Of a stretch of DNA of 64,000 nt, positions 50,285-61,605 are shown in pieces. The stretch is from an uncultured Methylomirabilota bacterium (lineage in GTDB: Bacteria; Methylomirabilota; Methylomirabilia; Methylomirabilales; 2-02-FULL-66-22). A program made the translations under genes and the position numbers. The notes below the pieces were generated by a model. It had not been told where the DNA came from. It saw only the letters and a program-made list of their open reading frames with translations, and made no database searches. The stretch is from positions 2,592,001-2,656,000 of the forward strand of contig OY970067.1 of NCBI GenBank assembly GCA_963705305.1, read 5' to 3'. How positions within the stretch are numbered: position 1 is the stretch's first letter; each line of letters opens with the position of its first letter.

Positions 50285-51048
50285 TTGAGGTCCCGCTGTC
50301 CGAAGATGATGATGGCTGTCACCAGGAGTACGGCGATGTAGGCGGTCCCGTAGAGCAGGGCCAGGGGGAGATACCCCGGCCCCAGCGGGAGGTGATAGAT
50401 GCTGGCCTCCGTGATGTTGAAGCGACTGAGGTTGGGGAGAAGCGTGTAGAGGCCGGCGGCCAGGGCGCGAACGGCGGGGCTGCCCAGCTGCTGTGCAAAC
50501 GCCTTGAGGTCCGCGCTCAATCGCCCGATGACAAACAGGGACAGGGTGAAGATAGCGCTCAGCGTCGGCGTGGTAAATGTGGAGAAGAGGATGGCCGCCG
50601 CCGTCAACAGGAGCAGCTCGACATAGGCGAGCAGGACGGCCGGCATCAGCTCGAAGCTCCAGCGGCCCTCCAGGACGCGGGTGAGACACAGGAGGCCCGC
50701 GGCCATCACCGCCACGTTGACCAGCAGCGTCAATCCGAGGCCGCAGAATTTCCCCAGAATGAACTCGGCCCGCCGCACCGGGCGGGTCATCACCGGATAG
50801 ATGGTCCGCCGGTCGATCTCCCGCGAGACCAGTCCCACCCCGATGAACACGGCGATGAGAAGCCCGACGACAGAGATGGCGGCTATCCCCAGATCCTTGA
50901 CGATCTTCTCCTCGCCCCCGACGGACAAGCTCACCAGAATGGTCGAGCTGCCGATCATAGCCAGGGCGAACACCAGGAGGGCGTACAGCACCCGATCACG
51001 GACCGCCTCGGTGAAGGCCATGAGGGCGACGGCAGCGATCCGCTTCAT
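50281..51048 (-). CDS. ABC-2 permease in the pilus locus (PilI/XapB-like)
   Basis: EAVRDRVLY, SREIDRRTIY...PVRRAEFILGK, 6 TM. Confidence 0.85.
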   Translation of the reverse strand: MKRIAAVALMAFTEAVRDRVLYALLVFALAMIGSSTILVSLSVGGEEKIVKDLGIAAISVVGLLIAVFIGVGLVSREIDRRTIYPVMTRPVRRAEFILGKFCGLGLTLLVNVAVMAAGLLCLTRVLEGRWSFELMPAVLLAYVELLLLTAAAILFSTFTTPTLSAIFTLSLFVIGRLSADLKAFAQQLGSPAVRALAAGLYTLLPNLSRFNITEASIYHLPLGPGYLPLALLYGTAYIAVLLVTAIIIFGQRDLK

Positions 51049-51986
51049 GCCTGTCCCCCGGCGCGCACCTCGGCCAGGAAGAGCGTCTCGAGGCTCCGCT
51101 TCTGGGGCGTCACGGCTGTGATGCGTCCCCCCAGCTCCATGACCGTTCTGAGAAAGGGATCGACCTCCGCCTGCCCGCCCAGCCGGAACAGCGCCCGGTC
51201 CCCCTGGACCAGTGGGGGTCCCCCGGCCAGTCCCTCCAGCCGCCGCAAGGCTCCGGGCGGAAGCCCGGCGGTCGTGACGTCCACGGACTCGACCTCGCTC
51301 CCCAGCAGCTCGTCCAGCCGACCCACCCGGACCAGGCGGCCGCCCAGCAGGATGCCCACCCGGTCGCAGATGATCTCCACGTCGGGAATGATGTGGGTGC
51401 TGAAGAACACCGTGCGGCCCTCGTCCCGGAGGCGCAGGATGATATCCCGCACTTCCTTGCGGCCGATGGGATCCAGGCCGGACATGGGCTCGTCCAGGAT
51501 GACGAGCCGCGGATCGCCCAGCAGGGCCTGCGCCAGGCCGATCCGCTGCAGCATCCCCTTGGAGTACTTGCGAAGCTGCAGGCGTCCCGCCTTCACCAGT
51601 CCCACCAGGGCGAGCAGGGCGGCGATCTGTTCCCGGGCCCTCTGCCGGGCCAGGCCGGCCAGCTGGGCCATGTACGCGAGGAACTCCTCTCCCGTGAGAT
51701 ACTCGTAGAAATTCGGGCTCTCGGGGAGGAAGCCGATCTGGGATCGGAGGCGAGCCGTTTCCACGTCCTGGTCCAGCAACCAGGCCTGACCGGATGTGGG
51801 GCGGACCAGGCCAGTCAGGATCTTGATCGTGGTGGTCTTTCCGGCGCCGTTGGGACCGAGGTATCCGAATATCTCCCCGGCCTCCACGGAGAGATCCAGG
51901 CTATGAAGGACACGCGTCTTACGTCCCCAGAATCCGCTCCGGTAATCCTTCGAGACGCCTGCGATTCGGATGGCTGGCATTTCCAC
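51045..51986 (-). CDS. ABC ATP-binding protein in the pilus locus (PilH/XapD-like)
   Basis: GPNGAGKTT, YSKGMLQRIGLAQAL, LDEPMSGLDP. Confidence 0.9.
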   Translation of the reverse strand: MEMPAIRIAGVSKDYRSGFWGRKTRVLHSLDLSVEAGEIFGYLGPNGAGKTTTIKILTGLVRPTSGQAWLLDQDVETARLRSQIGFLPESPNFYEYLTGEEFLAYMAQLAGLARQRAREQIAALLALVGLVKAGRLQLRKYSKGMLQRIGLAQALLGDPRLVILDEPMSGLDPIGRKEVRDIILRLRDEGRTVFFSTHIIPDVEIICDRVGILLGGRLVRVGRLDELLGSEVESVDVTTAGLPPGALRRLEGLAGGPPLVQGDRALFRLGGQAEVDPFLRTVMELGGRITAVTPQKRSLETLFLAEVRAGGQA

Positions 51987-52071
51987 CTGCTCAGGCCGGA
52001 TGTGCGTGCGGGCAGCCCCGGCCGCCGCGCGCCGCGTCCGGCTGGATCGAGGGGCCGTGGACGCGCGGCTG

Positions 52072-52101
52072 ATTGTAGGAGGTGGGATTCACGAGTGTCA
52101 A
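52072..52101 (-). promoter_or_regulatory. Sigma70 promoter for the ABC/glycosylation/pilD genes
   Basis: TTGACA-18-TACAAT on the minus strand. Confidence 0.65.
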
Positions 52102-52327
52102 GACCGACGCCGCCGATTTGGCGCCACCAATCAGGACAAGACCCCTGTTGCCGGGAATCAGGGTGCTCCAGCCGCTCTGGCGCAGAGCCAACTGGCCACA
52201 GGGGCGGACACCATGCCAGGTGCGACCGGATCGGAAACCGTGCGGGCAGCTTGAGGGCAGAGGAGAAAAACAGTGTCCGGACCGACCAGGGACGGGACGC
52301 ACGCGGCGCGGGAGATCGAACGAGGAA

Positions 52328-52783
52328 TCACTCTCCCGTCCATAATCCATAGACGGACGAGTAGCCCACGGAGCCACCGGATCCAGAGTTGCCGGGCGGG
52401 CTGACCGGTGCATTGTAGGTCCCCGCCAAGCTTGCCCCCTTGCTGTAGACATAGATGTCGTCATTGATGGCGGGAACCGACCCGCTGGTGAGCACCGGGC
52501 ACAGCTGGTACGGAACGCCCCACGGGTCGTTGTCGGGGACGTTGACATAGTAGGCGTTGCGCAACGCGTCGATGCTGGGGGGATATTGATTATTGTCGTT
52601 GGCGTAGGTGACGGACATCGTAACCGCCAGCTTGGTGTCGGATGCCGCGCGCGAGTATCTGGCGCGCCGCATGGCCCCTTGAAGACTGGGGATCGCGATG
52701 GCAGCGAGAATGCCAATGATTGCCACGGTGATGAGCAGCTCGATCAGCGTAAAGCCGTGTTCTCTTGCTGCCCGGCGATCCAT
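52328..52783 (-). CDS. Type IV pilin-like protein, second paralog
   Basis: G|FTLIELLITVAIIGILAAIAIP; NVPDNDPWG; GGSVGYSSVYG. Confidence 0.9.
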   Translation of the reverse strand: MDRRAAREHGFTLIELLITVAIIGILAAIAIPSLQGAMRRARYSRAASDTKLAVTMSVTYANDNNQYPPSIDALRNAYYVNVPDNDPWGVPYQLCPVLTSGSVPAINDDIYVYSKGASLAGTYNAPVSPPGNSGSGGSVGYSSVYGLWTGE

Positions 52784-52869
52784 GGCCACCTCGTTCAGCC
52801 TCGGTGCAATCCGAGTTCCACCGGGGATGCGGCCTCTCCTCTCTACATGTACCACATGCGCGGGGGAGA

Positions 52870-52907
52870 GTCCACGGGCAGGTGGCGCGTGCCACCTGCC
52901 CGTGGAC
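52870..52907. repeat. Perfect 17-bp stem-loop between the two pilin genes
   Basis: GTCCACGGGCAGGTGGC-GCGT-GCCACCTGCCCGTGGAC. Confidence 0.85.
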
Positions 52908-52927
52908 AACCGCGCGACACGTGCCGA

Positions 52928-53413
52928 TCAGTTCCCCGACCAGGACCCGTACATGGCGGAGTACCCGACGCTGCCGCCCTGGCCCGTAACGGGGAAGGCG
53001 GCGCTCCCCACGACGCCGGTGGTGTTGGCCAGCGCATCGGCCGCCGGACAGGTTGACGGGCCCGCCCCCAAGCTGCAGGTCCACACGTCGTCGGTCGACG
53101 CCGGAACCTTATTGCCCCCGGTGTCAAAGATGACGTATGCGTTGTTCCACGGGTCGTTGTCCGGGACGTTGGCGTAGCCGGAGTTCCGCAGGACCGCCAG
53201 GCTGGCGGGGTACAGGTTTGCGTCGTTGGCGTACACGATCATCTGCGTGGTGGCGGTCTTCGTGTCGGCCGCCGCCCGGGAGTACTTCGCCCGCCGCTGG
53301 GCGCTCATCAGGTTCGGGATGGCGATGGCGGCCAAAATACCAATGATGGCCACGACGATCAGCAGCTCGATCAGGGTGAAACCTTTGGCTTTCCTCCGCA
53401 TCAACTTAAGCAT
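52928..53413 (-). CDS. pilA: Major type IV pilin
   Basis: KG|FTLIELLIVVAIIGILAAIAIP; AGGAGG RBS; downstream of a sigma54 promoter and pilSR. Confidence 0.88.
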   Translation of the reverse strand: MLKLMRRKAKGFTLIELLIVVAIIGILAAIAIPNLMSAQRRAKYSRAAADTKTATTQMIVYANDANLYPASLAVLRNSGYANVPDNDPWNNAYVIFDTGGNKVPASTDDVWTCSLGAGPSTCPAADALANTTGVVGSAAFPVTGQGGSVGYSAMYGSWSGN

Positions 53414-53518
53414 TGTCCATCCTCCTTCTGTCTGCCGGTGTTGAATGCCCATTATTCTGCCCACGCTTTACCTGGGAGGAGTCCGTGGGGTCCTCGCAGG
53501 CGCTCGTAGTGGGCGATG

Positions 53519-53534
53519 TGCAGGGAGTGTGCCA
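53519..53534 (-). promoter_or_regulatory. Sigma54 (-24/-12) promoter of pilA
   Basis: TGGCAC-ACTCC-CTGCA with GG-N10-GC spacing; AT-rich upstream region 53540-53690. Confidence 0.75.
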
Positions 53535-53689
53535 TGAACTTGTCAGATGGATCCATTTTGGTCAACACTGGCATTCAAACAAAAACAATACATTACGTCG
53601 GTGACGATGTGTCAGCTCAAGAGCAGCACATGCCACCCAGGGGTTGAGTGAACAACAATTTTCAGCCGGTGACAATTATTGCTATAGAT

Positions 53690-55916
53690 TTACGGCCGGC
53701 AAGGTCCTGGCAGGATGATGGGCAATTGCTCCAAGATCCAGCCGTCCCCCCCCAAGCGGAGCAGTGTCCGGGCGCAGCGATCCTGCAGGCCCTCATGGGG
53801 AATGTCCCTCTCCATCTGATACTCGAGAGCCACCCGTCGCTCCCCGCCGGTGAGGGACGCTATCCAGCTTACGCGAGCCGCAAGGGTGCCGGAAGACGTG
53901 TCCCTCCCACCGCCAGTTCCGTGGAGGAGTGGAGAAAGGCCGGGAGCGAGAAACCGGGCCGCGCCGGGCCAGCCGCCTTCTCCCAGGGCGTGCCAGAAAC
54001 CCTGAACTGCCTCTTCCGGCGACCGCTGGCCGGGGGGGCCCTGCGTCGCGCAGATGCCGCGAGCGTCTGGCTCGGCTAATTTTTCCGCCAGGGTCGAGGT
54101 GGTCTGCTCCCGCGACCCATCGCCGCTCTCCGCGTAGAGTGCCGCTGCGATCCGGCTCATCCGGGCCAGAAGATATCGGTCGCCTGGTGCCAAGCAGCGG
54201 GCCTCATCCGCCATGACGCGCCGGGGGGTAAAAATCGTCAGGGCGCGCTCGTAGCGCCACCGGGCCTCGGAAGATCTTGCCTCCTTCGCCAAGGCCTCCA
54301 CCAGCCCGGCATGAAACCGGAGCTGCGACGACGACGCCAGCTCAACCGCGTCCCCGAAGTGTTTCTGCGCCAGCAGCCAGCGGCCGGACGCGGCAGCAAT
54401 CTCGCCCGCCAGAAACTGGCTGTTGGGGTCCGTCGGTGCGAGGTAAGTCATCTGGTCGGCGATGCGGATCGCGTCTTGGGGGTCGCCGGCTTGCATGGCC
54501 GCCCGCGCCCCCGCCTCGTGAGCGGCAAAACTCAGGGGATTCAGACGAAGCGCCCAGCGGAGATCCCATCTGGCTGCCGAGAGCTCTCCAGTGGTGAGCG
54601 CGAACCGACCCGCCTCGGTGAGGACGCTGGCGTAGTAGCGGGTGCCGGCCACGAGGGCCGCCGCCGCCAGGATGACGATCAGGGCCAGCCGCCAGATGCG
54701 CGAGAAGCGGCGGTGGGAGCGTCCATCCGTCAGGTGAGCGGTGCTGATGCCGACCAGGACAGCGGCGGCGAAAGCGATGGCGGGGAAGCTCCAGTCCTGA
54801 TCCAGGGCGGAGTGGCAGGCGAAGGCGGTCAGGGCGGCCAGGAGCGGACCGAGGTACCGTCGTGCCGGAGCGTTCGTGGGGCTCTTCCTGATGGCGAAGC
54901 CGATCCGGCCGAAGAGCCACGCCAGCATGACCAGGAGGAACAGTGCGGCCGGCAGGCCGAACTCGGCCGCCACTTCGAGGTAAAGGTTGTGGGGGTCTTT
55001 CCCTCCCACGTACGGAATGCGCTCGTAGCGGTTCAGCGCCACGGGGAAGGCGCCCGGACCCACGCCGAGCCAGGGATGATCCCGCACCATGTCCCACGTC
55101 CACCCCAAGATATGCCACCGCCAGACGAAGGAGGTGTCCCAGGCGATGCCCCCGGGATTCCAGAGCCCGGCCATGAACTGCAGCAGCAACCGGCCCCGGA
55201 CGACCAGGACGACCGCGAGGGCCCCGCCTGCCATGCCGAGCCACAGGCGGCGGCGATGCCACCAGGAGGCCCGGTCGACGAGCGCCCAGGCTCCCAGACC
55301 GACCGCGCAGGCCAGCAGAGCTCCCCGCGACCGCGTGAGCGGGAGTCCTATGGCGGCAAGGCCTCCGGCCGCCCAGGCCGCATACCGAACGGGGGGGGTG
55401 CGAACCTCTCGCGCCAGCACGAGGGCCGCGCCCCCTGCCAGGAGGAGAAACCCGGCCATGGCATTCGGGTAGCCGAAGGGACCTGTCAAGAGCGAGGCGT
55501 ACATCCCCCACCCGCTTCCCCGGGCGAGACCGATGATGCCAGCCGCGGCCGTCACAGCCCCCGAGGCTGCCAGGGCGGCCAGAATCACGCGCCCACCTCC
55601 CGGCGTCTCGCGGGTCCCGAGGGCGGCCAAAGTGCCGGCGAGGAGATAGGCCAGGAGCAAGAGCAGACCCTGGACGGTTCGATCCGGGTATGTGGTGGAG
55701 GCCGCCGACGCGAGGGCGAGGGTCCCGGCGAGCAGCAGGGCGGGTGAGGGGCGGAGCCGAACGTTCCGCCCCGGCGGAAAGAGTCCGAGGAATCCGGCCA
55801 GCACCAGGAACAGGAGCAGGCTGACGTGTCCGACCGCGCTCTGCCCGCCGCCGACCCAGGGAAGGGCGATCAGCAGGCCGGCCAGCAGGCAGACCATCAG
55901 CGGGAGGGAGGCGTCT

Positions 55917-55930
<14 letters not shown>
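53690..55930 (-). CDS. O-antigen ligase-like (Wzy_C/PglL-type) membrane protein with TPRs; candidate pilin oligosaccharyltransferase
   Basis: Many TM helices; GPFGYPNAMAG, TRSRGA, W....MVRDHPWLGVGPG.F, DPHNLYLE.AAEFG; TPR-like C-terminus. Confidence 0.82.
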
Positions 55931-57314
<1,384 letters not shown>

Positions 57315-57375
57315 GTCGCGTTCCCCCGTGCCGGTGCCCGCCGGCGGCCGCGCCGCCCGCCGGCTGCACCGGGCG

Positions 57376-59169
57376 TCAGCGCCGCGGAAGGCCGGTCTCC
57401 AGAGCCGAAGGCGCTCCGGCCGGCGCGCGCTGCAACCGTACGTAGAAGGTTGTTCCGCCCCCCGGATGGCTCTCCACCCGGATCTGCCCGCCCATGCTCT
57501 CCAGGATCTTCTTGGCGATGGCCAGGCCCAGGCCGGTCCCGGAGGGGCGGGTGGTGAAGAAGGGGTCGAAGATCTGCCCCAGATTCTGGCTGGGGATCCC
57601 TCGTCCGGTATCGCGAAACGCCAGCTCCACCCATTCTCCTCTGGCCGGACCGACGGCCGCCGCCGGGTCACCGCCTCCCACGCCGGGGAGGGCGGGCTGG
57701 AGCGGCGGGGATGCGGAAGCCGCCGCCGGTCTCAGGAGGATCGTAAGGCTGCCCCCGCCGGGCATGGACTGGATCGCGTTCAGGCAGAGATTCCAGACCA
57801 CCTGGCGCAATTGATCCCCGTCGGCCAGCACGGCCAGATTGGGCGACTCCTCGATCACTCCCAGAATGGTGTCGGGGTGCCGCTCGTGGCTGCGCTCCAG
57901 GAGGCGGAGCGTCTCGTCCAGCAGCGGGCGGACCGGTACGGGGCGGAAGAGCAGCGGCTGCGGCTTGGCGAAATCGAGGAACTGGCCGGTGATGAGCTTC
58001 AGGCGGCCCGCCTCGTTCAGCAGGATATCCAGAAGCTCCCGATTCGCCCCGAGGATAGCGAGATCCTCGCGCAGGACCTCCACCGCGCCGCTGATGGCCG
58101 CCAGCGGGTTCCGCACCTCGTGGGCGATGTTGGCGGCGAGCTGCCCCAAGGCCGCCAGGCGGTCGGAGCGGCGCAACTGCTCTTCGACCCGCTTTCGCTC
58201 TGTCAGATCCTGGAAGATGGCCGCCAGACCCAAGGTCTGGCCGTCCGCGGCCCGCAGGGGAGAGCAGGCGATGCCCAGGGGGATCGTTCGGCCGTCTTGC
58301 CGCTGGAAGGGGATCTCCGTCGTGGGCTCCTCGAGCCGTCCGTCCGGATCGGCGAAGAACTGGGGCAGGGAGGAACAGGGGGCAAACGGCGTCTCCCGCC
58401 AGTGATGGTCCTGCAGGGCCGCCAGGGTGTACCCCGTGATCCGTTCAGCCGCCTGGTTGAACGAGACCACCCGCCCGTCCAGATCCAGCGTCAAGAGCCC
58501 GCTGGAGATGTTGGCCAAGATGACCTGATGGAGCGTTTGCAGGCTCCGGAGGTCCAGGCCGCGCTGCTCCAGTTCTTGGCCGGCCTGGCGCAGCCGATAG
58601 GCGAGGTGGCTGCTCAGGATGGCTACCGCCAGGAAGGCCACGGTGTGGATCAACACCTGGTAGACCGCGTAGCCGACGGAGCGGGAGGGGGGACCCGCGG
58701 CGAACGCGACCGGGCGGATAGCCTGGGTCCACTCGCCTATGACCAGCATCCCGTACAGGCTGCTGCTGAGGAGGGCCACGATCAGGGACCCGCGGCGCTC
58801 CAGCAGGTTGGATGCCCCCAGGATCACGAAGATGTACATGAAGGCCAGAACCGAGTCGATCCCTCCGGTGTAATGCACCAGCAGGCTGACCAGGCCCAGA
58901 TCCAATCCGATCTGTACCCGGCCCTGGAAGGCCAGGTAGCGCTCGCTGCGCAGCGCCACCGCATAGATCAGGGACAGGGCGAAGGTGAGGCCGAGCAGGC
59001 CGTACAGGGGAGTGATGTCGAAGGGAAGCCGCTGGTGGAGATCCGGGATGCCGGCGGAGCCCAGCAGGATCGACGCCAGGAGAAGCCGGCCCCCGACCAG
59101 CCATTTAAGCTTGTGCATCAGGCTGGGTACGCTGCTGGTGGTGTGCAGTCCATCTGGCGTCTGCGGCAC
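57376..59169 (-). CDS. pilS: Sensor histidine kinase PilS (TM, PAS, HisKA, HATPase)
   Basis: QIGLDL..VHYTGG.DS TM region; PAS; AHEVRNPL; NLCLNA; DTGRG; FDPFFTT; GTGLG. Confidence 0.88.
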   Translation of the reverse strand: MPQTPDGLHTTSSVPSLMHKLKWLVGGRLLLASILLGSAGIPDLHQRLPFDITPLYGLLGLTFALSLIYAVALRSERYLAFQGRVQIGLDLGLVSLLVHYTGGIDSVLAFMYIFVILGASNLLERRGSLIVALLSSSLYGMLVIGEWTQAIRPVAFAAGPPSRSVGYAVYQVLIHTVAFLAVAILSSHLAYRLRQAGQELEQRGLDLRSLQTLHQVILANISSGLLTLDLDGRVVSFNQAAERITGYTLAALQDHHWRETPFAPCSSLPQFFADPDGRLEEPTTEIPFQRQDGRTIPLGIACSPLRAADGQTLGLAAIFQDLTERKRVEEQLRRSDRLAALGQLAANIAHEVRNPLAAISGAVEVLREDLAILGANRELLDILLNEAGRLKLITGQFLDFAKPQPLLFRPVPVRPLLDETLRLLERSHERHPDTILGVIEESPNLAVLADGDQLRQVVWNLCLNAIQSMPGGGSLTILLRPAAASASPPLQPALPGVGGGDPAAAVGPARGEWVELAFRDTGRGIPSQNLGQIFDPFFTTRPSGTGLGLAIAKKILESMGGQIRVESHPGGGTTFYVRLQRAPAGAPSALETGLPRR

Positions 59170-59236
59170 CGTTCTCTCCAGATAAAGAGGCCGGAGGACG
59201 CGCAGGCGGCCTCCGGCACGTGGCGCCCGAGAACGG

Positions 59237-60442
59237 CTACTTGCCGACGACCGTGACCAGCTTGAAGATCGGCAGGTACATGGCGATGACCACCCCACCG
59301 ATGACCACGCCGAGGAAGACCATGAGCATGGGCTCCAAAAGCGAGGTCAGGTTGGCCACCGCCTGGTCCACTTCCTCGTCGTAGAAGTCCGCGATCTTCC
59401 CCAGCATGGCATCCAGGGCGCCGGTCTGCTCTCCAACCGCGATCATCTGAACGACCATGGGGGGGAACACCCCGGACGCCTTGAGAGGCTCGGCAATGGT
59501 CTTCCCCTCGGAGATGGAGGACCGGGTCTTCTGGACGGCCATTTCCACGATCTTGTTCCCGGCGGTCCGGGCGGTGATATCCAGACCGTCCAGGATCGCC
59601 ACGCCGCTGCTGATGAGCGTTCCCAGGGTCCGGGTAAACTTGGCCACCGCCACCTTGCGGATGAGGATGCCGAAGACCGGCGTGCGCAGCATGAAAGCGT
59701 CGATGGCCGTCCGCCCGACATTGGTCGAGTACCAGTACCGGAGGGAGACCACCGTCAGGATGATCGCCCCGGCTCCGTAATACCAGTACTGTATCACGAT
59801 CCGCGAGGTTTCCAGGACGACCATGGTCGGCAGCGGCAGGGCTGCCCCGAAGCCCGCGAACATGGACTTGAAGGTCGGGATCACGAAGATCAGCAGGAAA
59901 GTCACCACCAGCAACGCCACCGAGATGATGGTCGAGGGGTAGATCATGGCCGACTTCACTTTTTTCTTCAGCGCCATGGCCTTTTCCATATACTGGGCCA
60001 GGCGGTTCAGGATGGTGTCCAGGATGCCGCCGGCCTCCCCGGCCTCGACCATGTTCGCGTAGAGCGAGGAGAAGACTTTGGGATGCTGCTTCAGGGCCGC
60101 GGCGAAGGTGGAGCCGCCCTCGACGGACTGACGGATCTCAATCAGGACTTTCTTGAACAGCTTGTTCTCCTGCTGCGACGCCAGGATCTCCAGGCATTGC
60201 ACCAGGGGCAGACCAGCGTCGATCATGGTGGCGAACTGGCGGGTAAAGACAACGATGTCCTTTTCCGTGACGGATCCGCCCAGGCCGAGCAGACTGACCG
60301 CCTTGGGCTTCGCCCGCACCGCGGTGGCGATCACCTGCTGCGAGCGCAGCCGTGCCACCACCGCCTCCCGCGTTGCCGCCTCCATCTCGCCCGCGATGGT
60401 CTGGCCGCCCCGCGTTCGGCCACTATAGACAAAAATCGGCAT
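59237..60442 (-). CDS. pilC: Type IV pilus platform protein (T2SS F family)
   Basis: FTRQFATMIDAGLPL, AGEAGGILD, SAMIYP, GEQTGALD.ML, LLEP, MYLPIF. Confidence 0.95.
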   Translation of the reverse strand: MPIFVYSGRTRGGQTIAGEMEAATREAVVARLRSQQVIATAVRAKPKAVSLLGLGGSVTEKDIVVFTRQFATMIDAGLPLVQCLEILASQQENKLFKKVLIEIRQSVEGGSTFAAALKQHPKVFSSLYANMVEAGEAGGILDTILNRLAQYMEKAMALKKKVKSAMIYPSTIISVALLVVTFLLIFVIPTFKSMFAGFGAALPLPTMVVLETSRIVIQYWYYGAGAIILTVVSLRYWYSTNVGRTAIDAFMLRTPVFGILIRKVAVAKFTRTLGTLISSGVAILDGLDITARTAGNKIVEMAVQKTRSSISEGKTIAEPLKASGVFPPMVVQMIAVGEQTGALDAMLGKIADFYDEEVDQAVANLTSLLEPMLMVFLGVVIGGVVIAMYLPIFKLVTVVGK

Positions 60443-60457
60443 TGGCCTCTCCTGCCG

Positions 60458-61563
60458 CTAGCGGCGTGGCGGCATGCCCGCGCCCGCATGGCCGGCCGCC
60501 GGGGCCCGCTGCAGCATCTGCTGGAGTTCATCCGGCTGGGTCGAGGCCCCCAGCGCCTGCTCCAGCGTGATGTTCCGCCGCAGGTAATGCTGGAGCAGGG
60601 ACTCATTCATGCTCTGCATGCCGGATTTTTCCTTGCCGGACTGCATCATGCCGTAGATCTGGTGCAGCTTGTCCTCGCGGATCAGGTTACGGATGGCCAT
60701 GTTGGGAACGAGGACCTCGAGGACCAGGACGCGCCCTTGGCCGCCGGCCCGCGTCAGCAACATCTGGCACAGGACCCCCTCCAGCACGAAGGACAGCTGG
60801 GCCCGGATCTGCGGCTGCTGGTGGGGGGGAAGACGTCGATGATCCGGTTGATGGTCTGGACGGCGGAGTTGGTGTGCAGGGTCCCGAAGGTGAGGTGTCC
60901 GGTCTCGGCCGTGGTGAGGGCGGCCTCGATGGTCTCCAGGTCCCGCATCTCGCCGATCAGCACCTTGTCGGGGTCCTGCCGGAGGACGGATTTCAGGGCC
61001 GCCTTGAAGGAATGGGTGTCGGCGTACAGCTCGCGCTGGTTCACCACGCACTTCTTGTGCTGGTGGACGAACTCGATGGGGTCCTCGATGGTGACGATGT
61101 GCTCCGCCTTCTCCCGGTTGATCTTGTCGATCATGGTGGCCAGGGTCGTGGACTTCCCCGACCCGGTGGGTCCCGTCACCAGGATCAGGCCTTTCGGGCG
61201 GTTGCACATATCGGCTACCACCTGGGGCAGCCCCAGCTCCTCGAAGGTGAGAATCTTGTAGGGGATGGTCCGGATGGCCGCGGCCACGGCGCCGCGCTGC
61301 ATGAACACGTTGGCCCGGAAGCGGCTCAGACCCTTCACGCCGAAGGAAAGATCCAGCTCCTTCTGCTCCTCGAACTTGTGCTTCTGGGCCTCGGTGAGGA
61401 CGCTGTACGCCATGCTCTTGGTCTCGGCCGGGGTGAGTGGCTGCGTCCCCACGGGGGTCATGTGGCCGTGCAGGCGGATCACGGGGGGGATGCCCGTCGT
61501 GATATGGAGGTCCGAGGCCCCCTTTTCGGTCATCTCCTTCAGCAGATCATGCAGGCTGGGCAT
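60458..61563 (-). pseudogene. pilT: Retraction ATPase PilT with a -1 frameshift in a C7 homopolymer at 60823-60829
   Basis: ASDLH, GPTGSGKST, TIEDPIE, GEMRD, HTNSA; the C-terminus QQPQIRAQLSF...AIRNLIREDK is in another frame; DVFPPH needs 8 C but only 7 are present. Confidence 0.9.
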
Positions 61564-61605
61564 GGTGGTCGGCGCTCGCTTTCATAGGAATTGACGGGGC
61601 CTGGG

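Noticed and set aside
52928..53413. Conductive e-pilin call for PilA
   Set aside because: The mature pilin is about 150 aa with aromatics at positions 1, 33, 50 and 57 but not at 24 or 27, so it does not fit the Geobacter aromatic pattern
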